Shown here: positions 23,301-35,300 of the stretch, piece by piece
Numbering within the stretch: the first letter of the stretch is position 1
Layout of the letters: each line of letters opens with the position of its first letter
Origin: Mobula hypostoma
Lineage: Eukaryota
Assembly: GCF_963921235.1 (NCBI RefSeq)
Contig: NC_086104.1
Location: forward strand, 114,886,001 to 114,950,000
Length of the DNA: 64,000 nucleotides
Reading direction: 5' to 3'
Made by a program: the position numbers and the translations under genes
The notes under the pieces: generated by a model
Databases searched by the model: none
The model's input: the letters and a program-made list of their open reading frames with translations, nothing else
Told to the model about the DNA's origin: nothing

Positions 23301-26300
23301 CAGATAGGGAACTGAAAGGCCAAGTAGCTGAGCAACACACACAGAATGCTGGACAAGCTTAGCATGTCGGGCAGAATCTCTGCAGATAATAAACTGTCCA
23401 TATTTCAGGATGAGACCCTTCCTTTTCAGTGCTGATGAAGGCTCTCAGGCCAAAACGCCGACCGTTTATTCACGTCTACAGATGCTTCTTGACTTGCTGA
23501 GTGTTGCTCAGGATTTCCAGCAGAACACCATGTTTATGCCAGGTTACTAATATTCTTACATTACATTATACTAAGCTGTGACTTGTATTAATTGGAAATC
23601 AGCAGAGTTCATGACTAAACAAGAGACTGCATATGCTTAGATCTTTGCTGGAAGAACATTGCAGGCCAGGCACTATCTAAGGGGGCATAGGGATGGTTGA
23701 CACTATTATACTGACTGTCATATATCTTTTGTTTAATAATATTACAATGTACTTACCAGTAACATTCAGCTGTGTTATGGAGTGATAACTATATTGATCC
23801 TGGTTTTTAAATTTAATTCTGAAAGTATAAGAACCTTCATCTTCTTGTGTGATATTGTTTATAACCAGGGAACAGTTGTCGTCTTTCAGGTCTCCGGCCA
23901 GCCAGGTCCGACGCTTGAACTTCAGTGTCTCTTTATTGCGATCCATGGAGTGAAAGGCTACGGGCAGGTGGCTCTGATTCCCTCCTTTAACCCAGATTCC
24001 ATCCCGTGTTTCATTTGCAAGGCACGATGGGTAACTGAAGTGACAGGGAATCCAAGCACACATACCCCTTTGCACTGTGATACTTTCTTTCACGTGGACT
24101 CTCCATTTCTCTGATGCTACAGATGAAAAAAGTAGCAACATTTAACATTGCTTGATAAACCCACCAATCTCCATATTTAAACCAGTGGATGTCCACTGCA
24201 GATCCTAATCACATATCCCAGGCTGACATCCCCTGTACTGGAACCGGGGTCTTTCTCCAGATTCTCCCAATCGCCTACACATTGGGGCAAATTATCATAG
24301 CCAAGCAATTAATCTTTGAGAGGTGGAAGGAAACAAGAGTCACAGAGGGAAACCCAAGCTGTCAAAGGAACAAAGCCCATAGAGGTTGTTGCCCACTGGG
24401 GTTGTCGGAGTTTTGAGGTACAACTCTATTCACTATACACCCTGCCATCTACTGGAAACTAGGAATCCCAAGTAATATTCCCGTGTTTCTCCTTCTCTTC
24501 CACTTCTCTGATCCTACTTTCACTCTGAGGACTTTCAATGGACAACATCGAGTAGTGATGGAGAAGCCTGCTTCACTACCTCAACAAAGTGCTCGGGCCC
24601 CTTGTCGGACAACTAGTGGCCCATCATTTTGCACTCATTATGAACAAGAAAGGACATGGATGGCATTGCTAAGTCACTGATTGTCCAAAACTGCATTATA
24701 CTAAGCTGTATTGGTAAAACTTTCCACTGACAGCTGATCAACAACTAATTAATTATATAATGCACTCACCAGTAATGCGGAGATGTGTTATGGAGAGGTG
24801 GACAAACTGCTCCCCTTTTCCGAATTCAATTTTAAAGTAATAAGTGCCTTCATCCTTCTCTGTGACGTTGTCAATAATTAGGGAACAGTCACCATTCCTT
24901 AGATCTCCAGACAGCCGGGTCCGATGGTGAAACCCTGGTGACTCACGATTGGGATCACTGGAGTGGAAGATGACTGTTTGAGTCGAGCACTCATCCTTCA
25001 GCCAGATTCCATCTCGGGTCTTCTTTTCCGATTGGTAGTGGCATGGAATAAAGGCACAGAGGCCCCTCTGTGCTGTCACAACTCTTGGAGTATTGGCTCT
25101 GCTTTGCCCTGACACTATAGCCGAGAGGGAAATAACTGATGTTAGGTATTGGATGGCCTGTCAGTTTTCCAGTCCTTCATCTACGTGCTCAAGTCTCCAA
25201 CCCCTGATGCCATACTCTGGGTTGCCAAATCATATGCCATGCTGCAGAAGGGATGGCATTGAGGGGTGGTACAGTGTGGGAGGGGTTTCTATGGAAGTTC
25301 ATCATATGAGGGCAGACAGCACCAAGGAAGTATCGCATTATGGGAGGAACGGAGCTGAAGGGGTAGTACTGAGCAAATACCACTCTGAAGGATGGATATA
25401 TTGGGTGGAAAAACCTCCATGACCTGACCAGACTTTATGTGAAGCTGGTGCAGCAATTGTAGGGGCCCGAGCAGAGATATTTAAAACATCCTTAACCATG
25501 GGTGAAAATGTCAGAGGATTGGAAGGCAGCTAATGTTGTTCTGTTGCTTAAGAAAGGCTCTAAGGTGTTCTAAGGGACTGGATATATGACTATTTGTATA
25601 GACAGGGACTAGTTAGGGATAGTCAAAATGGCTTTGCACATGTCTAAATAATATTTTAGAGTTTTTTGAGGAAGGTACCAGGAATATTGATGAGAGTAAG
25701 GTGGTGGATGTTGTTTTCATGGACTTTAGCAAGGCCTTTGACAAGGTCTTGCATGGGAGATTGGTCAAGAAGGTTCAGTCACTCGGCATTCAGGATTGGG
25801 TGGTGAATTGAATTTGACTTTGTGGGAGATGCCAGAGAGTGGTGGTAGATGGTTGCCTTTCTGACTGAAGGGCTGTAACTAGTAATGCGGCACGGGGATC
25901 GATACTGTGTCCATTATTATTTGTCATTTACATCAGTGATCTGGATCCGCAAATTTGTGGATGAAACCAATATCGGAGCATAGTTGACGGTGAGGAAGGC
26001 TATCAAAGCTGGCAGCATGATCTGTACAAGCTGAAAAATGGTAGGTGGAATTTAATGCAGACAAGAGTGAAGTGTTGCACTTTGGGAGGACACCAGGGTG
26101 GGGCTTACATGGTCAGGAAACAAAGAGTGCAGTAGAACAGAGGGATCTGGGAATACAGGTGTATCATTCCTTGAAAGTGGCATCACAGGCAGATAGGATC
26201 GTAAAGAGAGCTTTTGACATGTTGGCCTTTGTATCAATCAATACAGGAGTTGGAATGCTATGTTGAAGTTATATAAGACATTGGTAAGTCATAATTTGGA

Positions 26301-29300
26301 GCATTGCGTGCAGTTCTTGTCGCCTATCTATAAGAAATGTATCAATAAGATTAAAAGAGTAGAGTGAAAATTTGCAAATATGAACAACATTAGCTATCCT
26401 CCAGTCCCCCAGTACTTCAGCTATCGGGGTTGAGCTGGTGCTGGTGCAGCAGACTCCAGTCAGACTCTCTGTTTGGGAGAGTGTGAGAGTGAGTGTGCGA
26501 GAGAGGTTTGGTTGGTTTGGCCTGTAGCATTCTTTTGTTCAATTTTAAATTTCAAATGTGGCTGCATATGTAACTTGTGTTTGGTCACCTTACAGGGGCC
26601 ACATTGGAAATTTTTTCTGGCCTTCCCCTTGTTTTGGGTGACAATTTTTTCTCGCTTTTGCAAAAGTAGTTTGTTAGCGTTAGCAGTAATAGACGCACTT
26701 GCACTGTTTTTCAAAGAAACAAACCGATAATTAGAATAATGGCCAAGTTGTTGTAGGCGCAACAAGGCAAGACTAAGAGTTGCTTCGCAGTATAGTTTAC
26801 CGGCAGAGAGAGCAGAGTTTGCCAAGCTTGGCTCAAGAGGCTTCAGTGAAGAGGATCAGGTGAATACTCAGTAAAGCTTTCGTAGCGTTTGAATAGAAGT
26901 GTCATCAAACTACAACTAATTAAATAAAGTAAGGAAGATGCAGGATCAGATGATGTGCTGTAGCTGCGTGATGTGGGAGCTGGTGGACCCCATTGTGTTT
27001 CCTGGTGATCACATCTGCAGCAAGTGTTGGCTGCTCGAGGAACTCAGGCTCGAAGTTGATGACGCAGTGCTTCAAACACTACGGCACATCAGGGAGGGGA
27101 GATTTACCTGGATTCTCTGTTTCAAGGGTTAGTTACACCTATCCGATTAGCTGCCTCAAATTCAGTCAGTGATCAGGGACAAGAAGGTGTGACTGTGAGT
27201 GAGGCAGGTCGTGGGATCCAAGAGACAGCACTGGAGGGCCCTCAGCCCTTGAGCTTGTCTAACAGGTCTGAGATTCTTGCTCCCTGTGTGGATGACAGTG
27301 GGGGCTGTAGGAAGGATGAGCAACCTAACTGTGGCACCATAGTTCAGGGAACCATTCAAGAGGGAGGAAAGAAGAGAAATATAGTTGTAATACAGTCAGG
27401 GGAATAGACAGAGTTCTCTGTCGCAGAGATAGAGCGACCCTAAGGCTGTGTTGCCTGCCTGACGCCAGGGTTCAGGACATCTAATCTGACCTGCAGAGGA
27501 AAGATCCAGTTGTCGTGGTCCATGTGGGTATCAACGACATCGGTAGAGTGAGAAAATAGGTTCTGCTGAGGGAATTTGAACAGCTAGGGGCTAAGTTAAA
27601 GAGCAGAATCAAAGAGGTGGGAATCTCTGGATTACTGCCTGAATCGCAGAAATTGACACAGGGTCAAGAAGATTAGAGAGTTAAATGCCTGGCTCAAGGA
27701 TTAATGTGGGAGAAGTGGGTTTGAATTAATGGGAAACTGGCACCAGTATTGGGGAAGGAGGGAACTGTTCCAATGGTACAGGCTCCACCTGAACAGTCAT
27801 GGGACCTGGATCTTGGCAAATTGCATAACTAGGGGTGTGGATAGGGGGTGGTTTCAACAGATTGGAGAAGTATGGATAAAGTAAAAGAGAAAAGCATAGA
27901 TAAAGTGTAGAAAAGTGTAGGCAAAGAATACAAGATTTTAAAAGCACAATGAGTGTAAGGGCACTTTATCTGAATGTCCGTAGTATCCACAACAAGGTCA
28001 GTACAAATCAATACAAAGAGCTATGATTTACTGGCCTTTACAGAAACGTGGTTACAGAGTGGAGAGGATTGGGAATTAAATATCCAAGGATATCAGGTAA
28101 TATGGAAGGATAGACAGGAAGGTAAGGGAGGTGGGGTAGCGCTCTGAGATCAGGGTGACAGAGACAGGTCTAAGGACCAAAATATTGAATCCGTCTGGGT
28201 AGAGATTAGGAATAGTATGGGAGAAAAAAAATCACTTGTGTGAGTTGTCTGTAGGCCACCAAATGATAACATTACAGTGGTACAGACAATAAACCAAGAA
28301 ATACCTGAGGCATGTAAAAATGGAACAAGAGTTATTGTTATTTTGGGGGACTTTAACTTGCACATAGATTGGGTGAATCAATTTGGTCGAGGTAGTCTTG
28401 AGGAGGACTTCATAGAATGCATCTATGATGGCTTTCTTGAACAACATGTTACTGAACCTGCAAGGGAATGTGCTATTTTAGATCTGGTCCTGTGCAATGA
28501 GACAGGTAAAATTAGCAATCTTATAGTTAGGGATCCTCTTGGAAAGAGTGATCATAGTATGACTGAGTTTCTCATACAAATGGAGGGTGCAATAGTTTGA
28601 TCTAAAACCAGTGTATTATGCCTAAACAAGGGAGACTACAATGGGGTGAGGGAGGAATTTGATGGGTAGACTAGGAACACAGGCTATATGGTGGAATGGT
28701 TGAGGAACAGTGGAAGGCTTTGAAAGAGAATTTTCATTGTGGTCAGCAAAAGTACATTCCAGTTAAAAGCAAGGACAGTAAGGGTGGGGAGAGCCAGCCT
28801 TGGATAACTAAGGAAATAAAGGAAGGCATCAAACTAAAAGCTCATGCGTACAAAGTTGCCAAGAGTAGTGGGAAACTGGAAGATTGGGAAAACTTTAAAA
28901 AGCAACTAAGTACCACCAACTGAGCAATAAAGAAAGGGAAGATAGATTATGAAAATAAACTAGCACAAAATATAAAAATGATTAGTAAAAGTTTTTATAA
29001 TTATATAAAGTGGAAAAGGATGGCTAAAGTGAATGTCCTTGGAGGATGAGAAGGGGGAATTGATATTGGGTAATGAGGAAATGGCCAAGGCTTTGAATGA
29101 CTATTTTGTGTCGGACTTCATGGTGGAAGACACATCTAGCATGCCAAGGAGAGATGTTATGAATGTGATTAGAGCTGAGGACCTCAATATAACAGCTATC
29201 ACTAAAGAGGTTGTGCTGAGAAAACTTGTGGGCCTAAAGCTGGACAAGTCCCCTGGTCCTGATGGAATGCTTCCCAGGGTACTGAAAGAAATGGCAGAGG

Positions 29301-32300
29301 TCATTGTAGATGCTTTGGTGATAATTTAACAAAAATCTGTGGACTCTGGGCAGATCCTGACGGATTGAAAGAAGGAAAATGTCACGCCACTGTTCAAAAA
29401 CAGGATGTAGACAAAAAGCAGATCACTATAGATCACTATAGACTGCATTGGCGCTGCTTCCTGCACGCATGCAGAACTCGTTGACTTTATTAACTTTGCC
29501 TCCAACTTTCACCCTGCCCTCAAGTTTACCTGGTCCATTTCTGACACCTCCCTCCCCTTTCTAGATCTTTCTGTCTCTGTCTCTGGAGACAGCTTATCCA
29601 CTGATGTCTACTATAAGCCTACTGACTCTCACAGCTATCTGGACTATTCCTCTTCTCACCCTGTCTCTTGCAAAAATGCCATCCCCTTCTCGCAATTCCT
29701 CCCTCTCCGCCGCATCTGCTCTCAGGATGAGGCTTTTCATTCTAGGACGAGGGAGATGTCTTCATTTTTTAAAGAAAGGGGCTTCCCTTCCTCCACTATC
29801 AACTCTGCTCTTAAACGCATCTCCCCCATTTCACGTACACCTGCTCTCACTCCATCCTCCCACCACCCCACTAGGAATAGGGTTCCCCTGGTCCTCACCT
29901 ACCACCCCACCAGCCTCCGGGTCCAACATATTATTCTCCGTAACTTCCGCCACCTCCAACGGGATCCCACCACTAAGCACATCTTTCCCTCCCCCCCCTC
30001 TCTCTGCATTCCGCAGGGATCGCTCCCTACACAACTCCCTTGTCCATTCGTCCCCCCCATCCCTCCCCACTGATCTCCCTCCTGGCACTTATCCGTGTAA
30101 GCGGAACAAGTGCTACACATGCCCTTACACTTCCTCCCTTACCACCATTCAGGGCCCCAAACGGTCCTTCCAGGTGAGGCATCACTTCACCTGTGAGTCG
30201 ACTGGGGTGATATACTGCGTCCGGTGCTCCCGATGTGGCCTTTTATATACTGGTGAGACCCGACGCAGACTGGGAGACCGCTTTGCTGAACATCTACGCT
30301 CTGTCCGCCAGAGAAAGCAGGATCTCCCAGTGGCCACACATTTTAATTCCACATCCCATTCCCATTCTGACATGTCTATCCACGGCCTCCTCTACTGTAA
30401 AGATGAAGCCACACTCAGGTTGGAGGAACAACACCTTATATTCCGTCTGGGTAGCCTCCAACCTGATGGCATGAACATTGACTTCTCTAACTTCCGCTAG
30501 GCCCCACCTCCCCCTCGTACCCCAGCTGTTACTCATTTTTATGCACACATTCTTTCTCTCACTCTCCTTTTTCTCCCTCTGTCCCTCTGAATATACCTCT
30601 TGCCCATCCTCTGGGTCACCCCCCCCCATCTTTCTTCCCGGACCTCCTGTCCCATGATCCTCTCGTATCCCCTTCTGCCTATCACCTGTCCAGCTCTCGG
30701 CTCCATCCCTCCCCCTCCTGTCTTCTCCTATCATTTTGCATCTCCCCCTCCCCCTCCAGCTTTCAAATCCCTTACTCACTCTTCCTTCAGTTAGTCCTGA
30801 CGAAGGGTCTTGGCCCGAAACGTCGACTGCGCCTCTTCCTATAGATGCTGCCTGGCCTGCTGCGTTCACCAGCAACTTTGATGTGTGTCACTATAGGTCA
30901 GTTAGTTTAATATCTGCAGTTGGGAAAATGATTGAAGCTATCAATAAAGAAGAAATAGCGAGGCATCTGGAAAGAAATGGATCCATCTGGCAGACACAGC
31001 ATGGATTCAGCAAAGGCAGGTCCTGTTTAACAAACTTAATGGAGTTCTTTGAGGAAGTAACGAGCACAATGTATAGAGGGGAACAGATGTACATCATTTA
31101 CTTGGATTTCAAGAAGGCATTTGATAAGGTGCCACATAAGCTAAGGGTGCAGAGAGTCGGGGTGATGTATTAGCATGGACAGAGGATCGGTTAACCAATA
31201 GAAAGCAGAGAGTTGGGTGTTTCCCTGGTTGGCAATCAGTGGTGAGTGGTGTGCCACAACTGTTCACGATCAGCAAGAGGGACCAAGTATAATGTTTGCT
31301 GATGACACAAAATTGAATGGAAAAGCAAATTGTGCAGAGGATACAGACAGTCTACAGAGAGATAGAGATAGGTTAAGTAGATGAGCAAAGGTCTGGAAGA
31401 TGGAGTACAAAGCATTCTACAAGTATGTGAAGAGCAAGAGAATAAGATGTGAGAGAATAGGACCAATCAAGTGTGACAGTGGAAAAGTGTGTATGGAATC
31501 GGAGGAGATAGCAGAGGTACTTAATGAATACTTTGCTTCAGTATTCACTATGGAAGAGGATCTTGGTGATTGTAGGGTACAGCAGATTAAAGAGCTTGAA
31601 AGAAAGAGGATGTGCCGGAGCTTTTGGAAGACATCAAGTTGGATAAGTCACTGGGACCAGATGAGATGTACCCCAGGCTACTGTAAGAAGCAAGGGAGGA
31701 GATTGTTGAGCCTCTAGCGATGATCTTTGCATCATCAGTGGGAATGGGAGAGGTTCCGGAGGATTGGAGGGTTGTGGATGTCATTCCCTTATTCAAGAAA
31801 GGGAGTAAAGATAGCCCAGGAAATTATAGACTAGTGAGTCTTACTTCAGTGGTTGGTAAGTTGATGGAGAAGATCCTGAGAGGCAGGATTTATGAACATT
31901 TGGAGAGGCATAATATGATTAGGAATAATCAGCATGGCTTTGTCAAGGGCAGGTCGTGCCTTACGAGCCTGATTGAATTTTTTGAGGATGTGAATAAACA
32001 CATTGATGAAGGTAGAGCCATTGACGTAGTGTATGTGGATTTCAGCAAGGCATTTGACAAGGTACCCCATGCAAGGCTGATTGAGAAAGTAAGGAGGCAT
32101 GGTATCCAAGGGGACCTTGCTTTGTGGATCCAGAATTAGCTTGCTTACAGAAGGCAAAGAATGGTTGTAGACAGGTCATATTCTGCATGGAGGTCGGTGA
32201 CCAGTGGTGTGCCTCAGGGATCTGTTCTGGAACCCCCACTCTTCGTGATTTTTATAAATGACTGGATGAGGAAGTGGAGGGATGGGTTAGTCAATTTGTT

Positions 32301-35300
32301 GATGTCACAAAGGTTGGGGGTGTTGTATGTAACGGCTTCTCTGTAATGTTAACTAATGTAATGGCTTCTCTGTAATGTTAGCTGCTAAGGCTAATGTAAT
32401 GGCTTCTCTATAATGTTAACTGCTGAGGTAGTGGTTTCTCTGTAGCAGAAATGTTTGGGTTATGACTAGAGATAATGGGACTTTGGAATTCAGTGGCTAT
32501 CCAATGGGAGAAATGTTATTCTTTCTTGCGTGTCTGGGAGCTGAGGTTTTCATGGAGTTTTTTGTCAAGGAGAGAGGAAGAGGAAGATCGCGTGTGGAGA
32601 GCGCTGGTAGACCACTGGATGGCGTAGGCTGGGATCCGAGGGTCAGCAACGTTCGGTGGAGATCGATGGTGGAGGAATGTCTACTGAGTGAGCTCCAATT
32701 GATACTGTGACTTTAATTTGGGCTTTTATTTTGTTTTGTTTATTTTCATACTAACCCTATATTCAGATTAAGATTCATAAAGTCTATCATTTAATTGCAT
32801 ATGGTGTACTGTCTGATATTTTGCATTGTGGGTTTGTAATTGGGAGTACATTACACAGCATCCACATAAATGTGAATACACAGTTTGGCGGGGCCGAAAG
32901 CTGATACCCCTAGACGAATGTGAGCGGGCGAGCCTGAGGGTTACATGTGGATAGTGAGGAGGTTCTATCAGAGATTACAGCGGGACATTGATAGGATGCA
33001 AAACTGGGCTGAGAAGTGGCAGATGGAGTTCAACCCAGATAAGTGTGAGGTGATTCATTTTGGTAAGTCAAATATGATGCCAGAATATAGTATTAATAGT
33101 AAGACTCTTGGCAGTGTGGAGGATCAGAGGGATCTTGGGGTCTGAGTCCATAGGACACTCAAAGCTGCTGCGCAGATTGGCTCTGTGGTTAAGAAGGCAG
33201 ACGGTGCATTGGCCTTCATCAATCATGGGATTGAGTTTAGGAGCTGAGGGGTAATGTTGCAGCTATATAGGACCCTGGTCAGGCCCCACTTGGAGAACTG
33301 TGCTCAGTTCTGTTCACCTCACTACAGGAAGGATGTGGAAACTCTAGAGAGAGTGCAGAGGAGATTTACAAGGATATTACCTGGACTGGGGAGCACGCCT
33401 TATGAGAATAGGTTGAGTGAACTCGGCCTTTTCTCCTTGGAGCGACGGAGGATGAGAGGTGACCTGATAGAGGTGTATAAGATGATGAGAGGCATTGACT
33501 GTGTGGATAGTCAGAGGCTTTTTCCCAGGGCTGAAATGGTTGCCACAAGAGGGCACAGGTTTAAGGTGCTGGGGAGTAGGTACAGAGGGGATGTCAGGGG
33601 TAAGTTTTTTACTTAGAGAGTGGTGAGTGCGTGGAATGGGCTGCCAGCAATGGTGGTGGAGGTGGATACGATAGGGTCTTTTAAGAGACTTTTGGATAGG
33701 TACATGGAGCTTAGAAAAATAGAGGGCTATAGGTAAGCCTAGTAATTTCTAAGGTAGGGACATGTTCGGCACAACTTTGTGGGCCGAAGGGCCTGTAATG
33801 TGCTGTAGGTTTTCTATGTTTATATGTCCTATGACATGGTTACAGCATTGGCTGATTAGCAGGAGGCAGCAAGTGGAAATAAAAGGTTGGCTGTTAGTGA
33901 CAAGTGGTGTTCCACAGGGGTCAGTGTTGGGACCACTTCTTTTTATGCTGTATAGCAATGATTAGGTGATGGGGACAGATGGCTTTGTTGCCACATTTCC
34001 AGATGATACAAAGTTTGGTGGAGGAGCTGTGCTGAGGAAACAGGTAGGTTGCAGAAGGACTTAGACAGATTTGGAGAATGGGCAAGAAAGTGGCAAATGA
34101 AATGCAATGTTGGAAAATGCATGGTCATGCACTTTGGAATTAGAATTAAATGTGCAGACTATTTTTCAGACAGGCAGAAAATCCAAAAATCTGAGATGCA
34201 AAGGGATTTGGGAGTGCTTGTGCAGAACACCCTAAAGGTTTACTTGCAGGTTGAGTCAGTGGTGAGGAAGGCAAATGCCATGTTAGCATTCATTTCAAGA
34301 GGTCTTGAATTCAAGAGCAAGGATGTGCTCCTCATCTCAGAAAAGATGTGCTGGCATTGGAGAGGGTTCAGAGGAGGTTCACAAGGATGATTCCGGGAAT
34401 GAAAGGGTTATCATACAAAGAACGCTTGATGGCTTTGGGTCTGTGCTCGCTGGAATTTAGAAGAATGAGGGGGGATCTCATTGAAACCTTTTGAATGTTG
34501 AAAAGCCTAGACAGAGCAGATGTGGAAAGGATGTTTCCCATGGTCGGGGAGTCTAGGACAAGAGAGCACAGCTTCAGGATAGGGGGGGTCCATCTAAAAC
34601 AGACTTGAGCCAAAGGTTGTGAATTTGTGGAATTTGTTCTCACAGGCAGCTGTGGAAGCCAAGTCGTTAGGTGTATTTAATGCAGAGATTGATAGGTTCT
34701 TATTGGATACAGCATCAAAAGTTACAGGGAGCAGGCTGCGGAATGGGGTTGAGGAGGGGAACAAAGGATCAGCCATGATTAAATGGCGGAGAAGACTCAA
34801 TGGGCCAGGTGGTGTAATTCTGCTTCAATGTCTAATGTTACCAGGACTTGAGGACCTGAGTTGTAGTAGAAGGTTGAATAGGGTAAGACTTAATTCCATG
34901 GAACGTAGGAAGATGAGGGGAGATTTGGAGAGGTATATATTATGAGGGACACAGCTGGTGGCAGAGTGGCATCAGCGCTGGACTGCGGGGTGGGAGGTCC
35001 CAAGTTCGAATCCAGCCAGCTCCCCTGCACGCCTAGGCATTTCATGAGCTGGTGATCTCTTTGAAAAACTCACCTGGCAGAAAGAAAATGACAAACCACT
35101 GCTGTAACTTGCCTCGTACACGATTTCCCGCTACGTCAGAGCAGTGTGGGAGGAAGTCGTCAGCCAACTGGAAAAATTCTGGATACGACGTACCTTTTTT
35201 TTATATTATGAGGGTATAGATAGGGTAAATGGAAGGCTTTCTTCCCTGAGTGTGGGTGAGACTAGACGTAGAGATCGTATGTTAAAGGTGAAAGGTGAAA

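Larger units (their letters stand above)
26800..31400 (+). mobile_element. Near full-length decayed CR1 LINE (ORF1 Zn-finger/esterase, ORF2 APE endonuclease and RT), split by a Penelope insertion
   Basis: ORF1 start 26938 MCCSCVMW...[14 protein letters not shown]; APE motifs [17 protein letters not shown]; [15 protein letters not shown] and [13 protein letters not shown]. The 5' boundary is approximate. Confidence 0.88.

Noticed and set aside
34949-35030. tRNA gene
   Set aside because: A and B boxes are followed by a non-tRNA body, T-run and TSD, which indicates a SINE; no convincing cloverleaf.
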